A DNA stretch of 64,000 nucleotides from Epiperipatus broadwayi (taxonomy: Eukaryota > Animalia > Onychophora), in contig JAQFVV010000004.1 of the NCBI GenBank assembly GCA_028023455.1, positions 1,612,001 to 1,676,000 of the forward strand, in the 5' to 3' direction. The notes beneath the pieces were generated by a model. That model was given only the letters and a program-made list of their open reading frames with translations. It did not search any database and was not told the DNA's origin. The position numbers were made by a program, and so were the translations under genes. Positions 11,896-25,570 of this stretch are shown here, piece by piece. How positions within the stretch are numbered: position 1 is the first letter of the stretch; each line of letters begins with the position of its first letter.

Positions 11896-13640
11896 ATGTA
11901 TATAACATAAAATATGGTAGCAAATATCTGTAAACTCATTAATATATATTAATGATTTTTATGGATTAAATGAACATGTAATAATTGGGTAATACATTTC
12001 ATTACAAACTTACAATGTTTTTCAAGCTACTGAAAATTGAAGTATGTATTAATTTAAAAAGCTTTATTTTTTAAATATATTTTACAAATGCTTTGTTTAT
12101 TTTTGTATCAGTACAAACTTTTATAAAATAATAATAAAAAAATAAACATTCACCATTAAGTTTTTTTCATTGTTTTATTAAAAATGAATAGTAAATAGAA
12201 ACGATCAAAGAAATATTAATTTTAGTAATTTATTATTTTCATAGCAATCAAAAAATAATCATAATAATCAATTTTTCTTCTTTGTTTTTGTCATCCCTTC
12301 CCCACCATTTCATTTTATATTCTATAAAAATTAACTTTTTTTTATATATAAAAAAGGACCCAATTACAAAAACTTTTTTTAAAAAAAAAAAATAGCACTG
12401 AAGTTATATTTCTGCTATTCTCTATAACAGAAAAAAATAAAATATGATGTTCAAAATAGTTAAGGTTATTAATTATCTTTAATTTAGTTGACAAATGTAT
12501 GTATACACTAATTTATTTACTGAATTACTTTTTTAATACTATATGCTAAGATAATAAAATCTACAGATCATAAAAATGTAAGACTTGCTTTTCAAATTTT
12601 GTCTGTCTATAGAAGTAATAGTATTCTATTTGTATTAGTTTAATTAAAAATAAATATCAATTTGTATTAATGATCAAAAATAAATATCAATTTGTAAGTA
12701 TATAATTTTATTAATAAATCAAAAATTACATAATTTTTAAAAAATATATATATGAATGTAAATTACATTTCCCATATTTAACAATGCTTATGAACAACTC
12801 TTAACATCCAATAAACATGCAAATGATCATTAATAATTCTTTAATATATTATAAATTGTCGTGAGATCAGGTATATCTACTACTCTTTGTAACATTGCAT
12901 GAATTATTTTAATCATAACAACTGTTTCTACTGATGTGCATACATTTGTAATTCTAAAAATCATTATTTCCAACTATTATATAAATAAGTGGTTGTAGAT
13001 ATAGGAAATTATATATGTGAAATTATAATGGTATTAATGATTTTATATACATTATCATGTGTTACTAATTAAGATAAATTTGGATAACAAAAATGCCTTA
13101 TATGGTTGAGCTGTGCATTTGTATAGCTTCGATCTGGCTATAAGCATTACTGATGGTTAATCTATCAATGGTATTTTATCCCTCTGCTTGAAGAGCCATT
13201 CCCACGAGTATTAAAGATATAATTAAATAATTGCATAAAGTAAATGATAATAAAGAAAAGAAAGGTCTTATAATAAATATTAAAAGATATTATTTAATAA
13301 TCTTATAAATATAAGAAAATGGAAGTATAAAGAAAAAATATTAATATTAAGCTAATAAAATAAAAATAAAGTATTGTGGATGATTCCAGTTCATTAGATT
13401 CTCAAAAAAAATGCAAGATCAGTTAAAAATGTTAAAAGAATGAAAAAGGAGTAATAAATTATAGTGTCCATTGTATTGTTTTATATAAAAAGAAGATATT
13501 AATATATTTTAGAGAATTTTAAACAAATCTTAATTTATCTGTTTATTTATACTAAACCACTTATTTCATTTCGATTATATATAATTAAAAATTGAATTTG
13601 CTATTTGAATGTTAAGTGTAAAACCTTTTTTTCTTTTCAG

Positions 13641-13689
13641 GTTATATAAAAAGTTGGATTCTCTTAAAACTATTTCTCTAGATGAATGA
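13641..13689 (+). CDS. Terminal coding exon of the unidentified + strand gene (-MLYKKLDSLKTISLDE*)
   Basis: Strong acceptor CCTTTTTTTCTTTTCAG ending at 13640. In frame with exon 1648-1769. TGA at 13687-13689. AATAAA at 13814 and 13870 downstream. Confidence 0.68.
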
Positions 13690-16034
13690 AATTCCATATG
13701 CAGTTATAAGTATAAATAAGTATTTTAAACCATGTTTCAATTTTTAAATTGTTTATATTTGAGCATAGTTTAAATTTTAGAAATTTGACAAGCAAATGCA
13801 ACTTTCTTTTAAAAATAAACATTTAATCATTATTATTCAATATAATTTAATAATGAATACAATTAAGAGAATAAAAACATCATTAAAAATATTTATTCCA
13901 TTTTATGGTGTTATGCATCACACAAGTATTTAGTATACTATAGCGTACTTGACTGATGGCCTCTCATGATAGCTCACAATTATCGCTAGCTAGTAGATCT
14001 CTTATGAAAACAGTGAAACTTCATTAATTATAAAATGAATAAATATTTCATAAATTTTTTCCCTTTATATCAGTAATTCTTTATATTCATGTTTCTAAAG
14101 ACAGCTGTTTAAAGGACTGATCTAGAATTACTTATACATCAGTACCAATTAAAATATATGTATTTATATGATAATCTTCAACTGTTGTACTCATAAATAA
14201 TGTTATGTAATTTGTCCAATATACTTGCTAGAACTGTGGTGTCAAAATATTGATAACTCCTAACATATTAAAATCATTAAATTATTGTTATAGTGTTATG
14301 CTTTCAGCCTTTTTAAAAAAAATTCTCTTCTTTCACTCTTTTTAAACGTTTATTCTTTGCTCTTTTTTTTTTCTTTTTAAACTTTCAGTAAAACTATTTT
14401 TCTTTTCATTATTTAAATATTCTATTTTCAATTTTTTTCTCACCTTCCTCTGTATTTCCTACTTCAAATACTTTTAAATACGTTATATAATTAAAATATT
14501 TAAATTCTTTGTTCGTCAAGAATTTATTCTCACAAATATTGAGCAATAGTTGTTATTTTATTTTATCTTAATTTTTAGTGAAATTGTCTTTCATATATAG
14601 ACTAGACTCTAGAAAAAATATTTAAGTAGATTTGAATATGAAATGCAATGTATTAGTAACACAAAAAATTATGATTTTTCTTTAAAATATTTTTTATAAT
14701 CATATCTAAATATTTGGTCCATTGTTTGTTATATTTACAAATTGTTTGTTGATTCCCCCCCCCCTCTGTCAGCACAAAATGTCTGATGAAAGAAGAACTA
14801 TAGTGAATTTGACATCAGTTTAAGAAACATTAAACATATTCACTAAGTTGTTTGCATCATATAGCTGATATTGACAAAGATTCTTATTCAAATAGTTCTT
14901 GAAGGGGACGAACAAATTGGATTATATCTAAAAGTTAATGATTATGATAACAAAAATGGTAGTTTTAAAAATGATAATGAAAAAATAGAAATAACAGTTT
15001 AGGGGTGACTAAACAGCCACATATTAAAATATATTCAAGAGCCACAATTAAATTTTTGAAGTAATCAACAAAAGAAAATATTTAACTTATAATTTTCTGA
15101 TAAGAAACATTAAGCAATAAAAGAATTAAAGTTGATGACATAAACAATCATAATAAAATTGCCACCACAAAAACATAAACCTGTATGGTTTCAAAATAAA
15201 ATATAAATACGTCAAGTTAATACAAATTATATCATAATTTTATTTCAAAAGTTTTGTGCCACATTGAAACATCTAGGGAGAAGAATGGCTCATGAACCAT
15301 AGTTTGGCATAGTTGTAATAGATATTAACTTTTCTCTCATTAGATCATTCATCAACAACAAAAGATTCAGCAATCAAGAGCAGGAGCCTACTTAGAGGAA
15401 GGTGTATGATATGTGGCCTCAAATAATGCCAATTATGAAATCATAAACCATATAATAAAAAAGATTTAAAAAAATCTTCTTTATATGTATAAGATTAAAA
15501 TAACTTATCTAATTAGAAATATAAATAATTATGTATGAAAAGACAGTTCTTCTTAAATATATTTATTGTTCAATACAGATAATTAAATTACTTTGTGATT
15601 AAAAAATATTAACAGTAATTATGATTACAATTTGCAATATATTTTATATACTAGCATTTTAAATACTTGTTTAACTCTTTATTAAGTAAAGTAGAGAACA
15701 GGGTATACATGAAAAATATGACTAAATATTTTAAGGAATACTATCTTGAACAGAATATTGTAGAAAAAAACATCCTTATAGATACTTTTGGTGATCTCGT
15801 AAAAACTTTATATAATTCAATGATAGATCATTCCATATTATAGACACCACTGATCTTATTGAGAATAAACATGCATAATTTCAAAAAAATTGAAAAAAAT
15901 AAAATTGTATGTTTAAAATTCATCTAATTTTCTCATTTACGACTCTTGGAAAATTTTAAATTCCAATACCTGTTTCTCTCTCTTTTTTTTAACCTTACTA
16001 TTTATTTAATCATAAATGGCTTAAAATGATGTTT

Positions 16035-16118
16035 TTGTTTTTCATATGTCAAATGCATTGACCGGGAAGTGAACCCAGGGCCAGCTGCTTGGAAGGCAGC
16101 TATGCTAACCACTAGGCC
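16035..16118 (-). mobile_element. 5'-truncated tRNA-Gly(TCC)-derived retrocopy / mini-SINE
   Basis: Minus strand TAGTGGTTAGCATAGCTGCCTTCCAAGCAG..GGGTTC..TTCCCGGTCAATGCA matches eukaryotic tRNA-Gly(TCC) from the D arm onward. It is followed by TTTGACA and an A-rich tail. 9-bp TSD ATGATGTTT at 16026-16034 and 16119-16127. The acceptor-stem 5' strand is absent, so this is not a functional tRNA. Confidence 0.8.
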
Positions 16119-17169
16119 ATGATGTTTGACACTTTTTTCTTCAGTGTGTACATAATGTAAAATAACTACAATTTCAAATATTTTTTTTAATAAATGACAA
16201 TTTTATTGCAACTTGATATGTATATATGATTAACATAAAAATTGTGTACCTATGTATGCATATGCATAATATATATTCACACACAGATACACATGTTTAA
16301 CTGATTAAAAAAAAGATTGTCATGCATATTGGCTTACAAAAATGCACAATAAATAAATTTTCAGTTTCAGAGGTTCCATTTTCTATTTTTATGGCCAAAA
16401 ATAATAAAAAAAAATTGTACAATGCATTCATCCGACAAATTCTTAATATACATAAACAATTGGCACTGAAAAAAAACAACTGTACATATAAAGGTTTTAC
16501 TTGAAAAAAAAAAAACTGTACATCTGCAATGAAGTTATAATACTTTCCCTTTTTATTCTAAGTACCAAACATTTAAACAAAAATACAAGAAATACATATC
16601 AAACCATAGTTTATCACAATCTTTCAAATAGAAGTTGTTGCTAGAAGTTGACATAATTATATCACAATGAGTAAGTAAAACTTTTTATTAGTTTAATTAT
16701 AATTTTATATTATTTTTTTTAAAAGAAGAGTCAATTAATAAATAATTAAAATCATAAATACAAATGCTTATTACAGACAAACCTCAAATTACTAGCGATT
16801 TAATATGTATTTATTATTTAATTATAAATTATGAGTATTACTTAGAGATATATTCAAATAATTATTTTATTTTAGAAAGACCTGTTTAATAAAAAAATGT
16901 GAAAATTAATAAAATGAAAAAAATTCTGATATAACACCCTAGAATATTGAGATAGTACTTATTACCTTGAATGAATATCTGTACATTTATTACAGAATGT
17001 GCATATAAATATACATTTGGAAGAGATTTTTAATAACCATTAAGTACTAAATACTGCAAGATATTGAAATATATTTTTAGTTAAAAATATAAAAAACAAT
17101 ATATATTACATATGCAAGTTGTATAAAAAAAATTGTTAAAAATGATAAGTACTGAAATAATTTTTTGCA

Positions 17170-17345
17170 ACATGTCTCAGGACTTCAATCTCTTAAGAGT
17201 TCAAGACTTTGAAAATCCTAGATCACCATATTATCTTTGCTAAATTCTCTGATAATTTTACGATATGTAGTTTCAGAATACTATAACCAAGTGATAGCAT
17301 AAAGATCATCATTAGTGATGATTTGCCATTGTTTGTCATCCTTAT
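17170..17345 (-). mobile_element. RTE-like LINE C-terminal fragment
   Basis: Minus strand DDKQWQIITNDDLY resembles the RTE WR.RTNEELY segment. Degenerate. Confidence 0.3.
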
Positions 17346-18499
17346 AATAATTTATATTAGCAACTCAATTTTAAGCTGTATCATAAAATTTAATACATTT
17401 TTTACAACATTAAATCACATAGTTCTATATTTAATATGAGAATTCCAAAAATATTAAGTTTAAATTCAATTATTTTTTCACAGCTAAGAAAAAAGACAAT
17501 CGATTAATTATTTCTTATTTTAAATATTATGAAAATAATATTTTACATTTTTTAAATATACATTTAGCATTATCCCAACATTTTTTAAAAGACCAGAAAA
17601 AATAAATAATAGATAATAGATCCAAAATCTTATTAAAATTATACATAAAAATGATTTAGAGACATTCATTGGAATAAATGTAAAATATAATTCAGATTTT
17701 ATATTTTAAAACATTCTATACCTCTTACTTACAAAAAGTGTATACATATATATAATTCTAATATTAAATTAATTACATATGTTTAAAAAATCAGAGTTAA
17801 TCTTTTAAATGATTCTTTGCTCAACAAATTATGCATAACTCATTTTGCTTCTTGTTTTCAGATTTTTTTGTTAGCTATATTTTTTATTGGGAAGGGGGGG
17901 GATTTCTTTTTTATATTTTGATTTTTACAAATTTCATTTAAAACATCAATAAATTAATCTAAAAAACAAAATATCAACTTTGCAAATAAACAACTAAGAA
18001 ACAGAAATATACAGTTTCAGACTTAAAAAAAAAAGTATTTTAATGGAAAAATTTCTCTAAAAAATCTGTTTACCTGGGACATTTTTAGTTAATGCACAAT
18101 TTCAAATAATGGGAACTTCCTTTGAAAAATTAAAATTCAACATTTAGTAATAACAAAACAATAAAAATGTTTCTGACAGAAGGCATTTTTTTTTTGTATC
18201 AGTAAATTGTCAATTGACTCATTTTTAGCTAAAAAGCTAATATAAATTCAAATACGGGGGGGGGGGGGATCCAACAATAACTGGAATGTTCTCTGGTTTA
18301 TGCACTTGTGATAATATATGTTTCTGCAATCCTTCTGTATTGGTCTGCTAAATAACATCACCATGTAAAATCGTAGTGCCACCTAGCACATTTTTTTTTA
18401 TAAAATGCATTTTGCACATTTGTCAATTTTTATAATTCTGTTTTCATTTACAGAAAACAGCAGGGAAAACAGTTGCAAGCAAGTTGATCTTGTAAAATC

Positions 18500-19060
18500 A
18501 TAAGTTTATGGGTAGTATAATTGAAATGTTAAACTCACCATGTCTCTGTAAAGCAATCACAAGTGAAGTCCAAAGTCAAAACAATACTGATTTCTTTACA
18601 CAAATGACATTTCCCTCAGGTTTAGTTCATAATGGTCAGACATTTTATCTGCAAGATCTGAAACAGTTATGTGATACAGTAAAATGTAAATATCCTGTTT
18701 TATGACAAAAAAAAAACCTGCAAGCTTCATCCCAACAAAGTGTCATCTCTCAACACCTTAAGTGTGAATCACTTTTTAATTAAATTCAGCATGATACAGC
18801 TTATTTATCAGAAATATTTGCCTGACCTCAATCGTGTGATTTTCTTAATCCCTTGAATAAAAAAATGTCTCAATTTTTTTTTGTGGACTTAGAAGCAATG
18901 GAGGCATTGAAAGGCATATCTTTGCAAGTGTTTCCAAACTACTTTGAAAAATGAAAAACACATTTAGACTGGTATATTGCATCAAATGAATAGTAATTTG
19001 AAGGATATTTATTTTACAACACTTAAAAACAAATAATTTTTTATTATAAAATTCCAATTA
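18500..19060 (-). mobile_element. Possible decayed P-element/THAP9-like transposase C-terminal fragment
   Basis: Minus strand LLLSPQKKIETFF (cf. SQD.LE.FF), followed by TGYLHFTVSHNCFRSC (cf. Y.AGY...C..C). Weak and frameshifted. Confidence 0.3.
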
Positions 19061-21329
19061 CTTTTGGGTATCCCCCTCATAAATACAAAAGTAATCACCA
19101 GCACATACTTATTAAGAAATAAATATTTAATAATTTTATATTAAAAGTCTAAATACAAATTTATATTTTATGACAAAAGCAAAAATTTAAGCTACATAAA
19201 TACTGTAGTATATTTTTATGTCTGCACAATAGTATACTCTTATTATTTTTAAATTATTTTTTGATCCTCAACATATTTAGGTACTTTAGTTAGAACTAAT
19301 AAATCATAAAGACTTTAAATTAAAATTTCTATTATTAAACAGTCAAAATTAAAAGAATCATCATCATTTACACAAACATTCATTCTGCCTTATCAGGCAC
19401 TGAGAAGAAAGACCATGGTGTTTCTTGATCTTAAAAGAATAATATTATGTATATTGATTTTTATTTCATTTAAATCTATTATTGACATCTACTTCAATAT
19501 GCACTAAGGAGTTTAGAACATTTATACCTGATTTAATTGGAGAAATTTAAGATAATTAAAACGTCTATAAAAATTTAATGATTATTCATTAAAATAAATG
19601 TAAAGTACAAATCAGATTTTATATTTCAAAACATTTCATAACTAATACTTTGCAAATATGCATATATACACACTGATATTATGAATTCATATTATTTCCA
19701 GAAGTTTCCATGTAATAAATTATCTTAGTTATAATATTGTATTATCCTTATTTTGCAGGGTTATCTAATATTTAGAATGATGATATGTGCAAGTGGTTAG
19801 AGGTCTATGCAGTGAATTGGGATCCGTTCAAAAACAACTCATGTTAATATTATTCTAAATATTATGAAATATTGTTTAAAAGCATTTCAGCTTTATACTA
19901 CAGTGTACAATATCTGTGCATAATCTAAACTATTACATAAGAATAAAATAATAGAATTTATAAATGTTTATTTCACATAAATTTGTCAAAATTAATGTCA
20001 ATTAAATAATGTTACACCATTGTGTGTGTTAATTTCTAGTGTATATACATAAATAAATTGTCTCATTATTTTGTTAGCATTTTATCATTATTCCCAATCA
20101 ATAATTTAAGTAGAATAGTTAAGTCGTTCGTTTCTCCCTGATCTTAGCGGACTAAAAAAGAAAAAATTTAGTCTATGACATTAGAATACAGAATGCATAT
20201 GCGGATTGTCCTCAGGTAATTTTTGTGGATTGCACAATTCTGTCAGTTACAGTATTTTTTTTTTTATTATTATTACATGGAAACTCCTGCAAATATGAAT
20301 TTATCACTTATCCATGAGAATATTAGAACTAACACAATATTATGTATGTATATACTTTAAATACTTCACAGTATAATCTTTAAAAAATAATTAGCAACAA
20401 TCAATATATTTATATAGAGAATGTTAAATGTATGAATGCAACAAATGTTATTTGCAAATTAAATTCTAGTAATTATATATATAATTTAATGATTGTTCTT
20501 TGAAATAATTGCAAAATACAGCTCATATCAATTTCAAAATATTCCATACCTATTATTTTCAAATATATAGTTTATGTACAATTATACTCTGCCGAATTTA
20601 AGTGTCATATTCTGGAGGATAATATTCCCTGGATCAATCCAATTCTGGCTCATCCGATACTTGAACTTCTTATAAATTCTTGAGCAATAAAGCCATTGAT
20701 TATTTTTATTTATGCAGAATTATAAAAATTATTGTGAATAGAGAAATTTTTGATTTGATGTGGATAAACATTTTTTGATAAAAAGACATTTTTTTTTTTA
20801 AATGTTCCCAAGTAAAATCCTAGATTTATATATATATAAAATAACAAAATCATAAAATTGTTTCTGGAAAATTGTAAAATTATTTTGTGTATATTTTATT
20901 ATTTATAATTAGAATGTACTTATTAATATTTGGACATCATTTTAATCCACAATGGTTACAATCAATAAGTGATACTGCTATCAATTTTAAAATGCCTTAA
21001 TTTCATATTATTTTTTATCAAATGTTTAAATTTACCTCACATATTGTAAGTTTTGTGCCACCTTTCTGGAGTTTATAAACTTTAAACATAAATTTTTACC
21101 CTCTGTTTTTTCCAATCTATGCTTATTTTTCTTTTCACTTTTATATATAATTCTTATACTACTTTTTACAAATGTTTATAACAATAAAAATTAAATTTAT
21201 TGTATTATAATATCTGATTTTAATTGTTTTAAAAATGTATTAAACTGAATTCAATTGCAGAAACTGTAATTGTCATACATGTATTTTACCATAAGCATTT
21301 TATTGATCCAAATTTTTGTAAAAAAATAT

Positions 21330-22870
21330 ATCCACTGATCATGGTTTTGAAGAATGGTGCCTGAGAATGTTGAATAATGAAGATGATAATATGCCGAGAC
21401 CATGGAAGATAATATTGATGTGCAATTGGAGAGTAATCATAATACTAATACCAAAATATCAGAATCTGATGATGAAGAAAATATTACTACAGATTTGTCA
21501 ACAAAAAATTCCAGCAACTATGTATTCCACCATAAAGAATTTAAAAGGTCTAAAGAGCCTCCACCAGTAAGTAAAAGAATAAACATAATATAGTCAAAGC
21601 TTCACCAGGATTGACAAATAATGCCAAAGCTTTAGGAGACAGTTCAATTCCTGAAAAAGTACAGAATTTATTGTTTACCGATAATCTTCAGAGTGAAATT
21701 ATGTGGATAAATAAAAAAAATAGAACAAGCAATAACAAAATATAAAATTCAAAATAATACTTATCATGACTGAAATATTCAAATCAGGCAATAAAAATCT
21801 TGATTTGCTCTATACAATTAATGGGACCACTTGAAAAAATTTTCAAACAACTATATCTAAAAAATGATTTGAATTTTTACTTTGTTTTCTTCATTTTGAT
21901 AATCTTGATGATTGAAAAGAATGAGAAAAAAGTGATTGCAGTTTCTATCTGTAAGTTATTTGAAATGTTCATTGAAAATGAAATGCTTATGGCATTTAGG
22001 GAGATGCAAATTTAATATTTATATGCAAAAAAAAAAAAGCTTGGCAAATCCAGTATAAGACTCCTTTGCTTCAGATGTTGAATGAAAAAGAAAAACGTTT
22101 TAGCATCTAAATGTATTAGATTGGTGAAGCCAATATATCTTTCCAAAAAAAAAAAAAAAATGTTATAGCAGACAATTAATTTAGCTCTATAGAAGTAGCC
22201 ATGACTAAAAAAGAGGAAAGTAACATATTTAAGAACTTTGAAAAAAAATAAAAAATCTTACAACTTTGAAAAAAAATAAAAAATCTTACAACTTTTCTGC
22301 CATCAAAGCCAAGACCATTAGAAAGCAATTTACATGGATTTCATGATAATGTTATACTGTTATCATTTTCACAAAATATAAAGCAGTACTATTAATTTCT
22401 TCCATGCACCACTCTAACATCAATCCTAGCACTGGAAAACCTGAGATGATTGTCAATTATAATTTGACGAAAGAAATGGATGCACTTGATTGGAAATGCA
22501 TTAATTATTCACTCTTCAGGAGAACAAGACATTGATCAATGGCAACACAAATGCTAAATATTTCAACTTTCAATGCATTCATTTTATATCCATAATTTAA
22601 GCAGTCAAATAAAATTTAATGCATAGATTTTTTATAATCATTAACAAACTTGTTTAAAAATCCATATTTAGAAGGCTTCTAATATGCAACCTCCGAAATG
22701 ATTTAGTGTCTGTATTTTAAAAGCAAGCAGCATTAGGGAGACCAAAAGCTACTAATAATGGAATCCAGATAACAGTCATGAGACAAAGAAAATTTATCAT
22801 CAGTGTCCTATTAAGTTCACAAGAAAAACCTTTTCTCTTCACAATATATAGCATATTGATCTGCATAGAG
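21330..22870 (+). mobile_element. Decayed piggyBac-family transposase
   Basis: AVLLISSMHHSNINPSTGKPEMIVNYNLTKEMDALDWKCINYSLFRRTRH (~22383-22535) matches the piggyBac VLLLSSMH..KPE.I..YN.TKGGVD..D..C..Y...RRTRRW block. Acidic N-terminus (ORF 21402-21593). Contains a 28-bp tandem duplication at ~22233-22292. TIRs not resolved. Confidence 0.85.
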
Positions 22871-24104
22871 TACATAAAAAACTATGTAGTAAGCGATCAA
22901 TTTTAAAATAAAATTATTTATAGTTTATTTATTTTAAGTGTCCATTTGAAACCTAAACTACACCATAAAATAATTTTTCTCAAAAACAGTATTATATACC
23001 AGTTTGTAAAATTGCATTGTAGCTGTTGTGGGCTAAATTTAAAAAAACTATCCATGCAGAAAAATGTTAAAGTTTAAGTTCCATCAGCATTTTATTTAAA
23101 AGCAGACAAAAACTTAAATTATTTTAATAAGATTTAAGAAATAAACAAACAAAATAAAAACAGTATTGTAATATATTTAAAATATTTATTTTTTAAAACT
23201 AAAATATTATAGAGAGATTTTATACTATAAAGTTAACACCTAAAATATTTATCTTCGAAAATAAAATTTATAATTTATATTTATAGTTTCTTTTTTTTTA
23301 TTGAATCAATTCACTAAAAAATAGTTGTAAAAACAAAAACAAATCAAGACTATTATACAGAAAGGAAGATATTGATCAAAGAAAACATTTTATATATAAG
23401 TAGATTTGAAAAAAAGATTGAGTAAAATTTGAAAACTGAGTCGAGATAAACAGAATAAGAATAAATTGAATTTTTTTAAAAAAAGCAATTGAAGCAAGTT
23501 TAAAAGTTTTAAAAGACAGAATGAAAAGTCATATATAAAAAAGCAACCACTTTATAAAAATTATATTAAAAAAACATTCTTAAAATTGTGAAGCTTATTA
23601 CTTTTAATTTTAGTCTTTAAATATAATTTTAAATGTTTCAATATTAATAAAAATAGCAAAAAACAAATAAACAAACAAGATTATTTATGAAAAATCAAGA
23701 AATAATAGTTTAACAATAAAATTTATAAATATTTACTTTCTTTGTCGATTAATTTATTAGATTTGGTGAAAGCATGTAGCAGATAAAAATATTAAAAGAT
23801 GATCTTTAATTTGTTTAGTAAATTTATAAAGTTGAAAATATAATATTGTACTTAAAATTTTGGGTAGTTTCATTACAAAAAACAAACAAACTTATGTACA
23901 AAGACATAATTATAATAATTTTTGTTTAAAAGATTATGATGATGACATTTTACTATATGTTGGATTATTTCCATCCTCTAGTTTAATCGTTAAATGTTTT
24001 TAGAAAAATTCAAACTTTATACTTTTCCAAATGCATTGAAGTCCTATTACTACTAACAATTGAATGTATTTGGGGTATTTGCTAATTATACATGTACATC
24101 AGTT

Positions 24105-25570
24105 GGTGGCACTGTTTCTCTTTAAAAACATAGCGATATAATGTTCCCGGGCCTGTCGACTTTTCCAAATATATAGTATTTTTTAATACGGCTTTTTTGG
24201 TTCAAATATATGGTATTTTTCCATATGGCTTTTTTTTTTTTAATTCTAGAAAATGTACATTATAATGGAGCCTTTTTTTATTTTGTTGTTAAAAAAATGT
24301 GTTTTTTGTTGTTGTTAATAAGTATTTATTTTTATTCTTGACTTTTACAAATATATTTTTTCATACAGCTTTTTGTTTTTTTTTGCAACAAAATGTACAT
24401 TATGATGGAGAGTTTTCTGGGTTTTTTTTTTGTTAAATAATAACTATTTTTGTTCAAAATATACCTTCTTTTTTTTTCTTTTAAAACAAAATGCCTTTTT
24501 ATTAATTTTATAAGAAATAGATTTTTTTTTTACATTATGTGATATGTCATCTTTTTTTTCTAATTATAGTACATTTTATAAAAAGCTTGTTTTTTTAGAA
24601 CAAATACGTTTTTTTTTTTGACATTATGTGACATGTCGGCTTTTTTTTTTTTTTAAAAAAAAAAAATCAACCAAAACAGTAAATTATCTTCCATCAAAAA
24701 AGCGTGTTGTTTGATTTATACTAATTAAAAAACACTCAAAAAAATGAACACTTTTCAGCTGTTGTTCTTTAGGCAGGCTTACTTTCCTCAATCTCCTACT
24801 CTTCAATACTGACAGTCTGGGTACACAAAATAATCACAACCACAAAACAGATTCATTGAAACAATAAATTTATTAATGACATATGGTTAGAATTAAGAAC
24901 ACAACAGTTCGCCTGCAGCCACGCGAGTAGGATACAAACTGCCAAGTGCGTCGAAATCTAAGGGTCCTACATTTTCTACATACACACATTGAATGACATG
25001 TGGCAGCAGGATGTTTTGGCCCTGCAGAAAGCCAACTGCGTCACTTTCTGTGTTTGGGATGTCCCTCAGTTGAAAGAATACGCTACTGCCTTCAGCCATT
25101 TTGTTATTCTCGTACGAGTCACGATGAAAACGCTACTTTTTCGCGAACACCTGCGAATCATCCTGTGGCAGACCACTTTCCAAATTTCAAACCAAACCAA
25201 AAATACATAGGGAAGTCCTGATGATACGCTGACAATTATTAGTACGTAAAAACATGTCAGTTGGGGTCTACCGAAAACCATTCTCATCAACAGTTAAATA
25301 GTTGAAAAACATTCTACTACTCACACCCTTACCTTAAATGCTAGCGAAAATACAAATTCTGTCAATATGCATAGGTGAGGCCACGAGGCACAATTGAATG
25401 GCTATTACAATCATACTGTTATTAGCTGTAGGTTCGGATGCGGAATTGGTCGCGTTTGAACCGCTATCACTTGGCTACATAAATGGCTACTATGATTGTA
25501 GTGATGTATTAGCTGTAGGTTCGGCTGCGTGAGTGGTATTATTGTGTTTTTACACAGAAACAGCAACGCC
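24105..25570 (-). mobile_element. Internally deleted Merlin (IS1595-like) DNA transposon
   Basis: ORF 24893-25099 begins VFFQLRDIPNTESDAVGFLQGQNILLP; an alternative frame gives CRKCRTLRFRRTW (Merlin N-terminal Cys motif). Imperfect terminal IR GGTGGCACTGTTTCT (24105) / AGAAACAGCAACGCC (25570). T-rich subterminal repeat array at 24160-24660. No TSD found. Confidence 0.55.

Noticed and set aside
19400-19425. CTGAGAAGAAAGACCATGGT, containing the same ACCATGGT palindrome as the ribozyme
   Set aside because: The core is CTGAGAA rather than CTGANGA, and there is no stem II or stem I. Likely chance.
19776-19860. Possible C/D snoRNA starting at box C ATGATGA
   Set aside because: No box D CTGA or terminal stem at a suitable distance.
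24160-24660. Repeat ladder considered as a CRISPR-like array
   Set aside because: Units are degenerate, T-tract-separated and irregular, in eukaryotic context with no cas genes. It fits transposon subterminal repeats.
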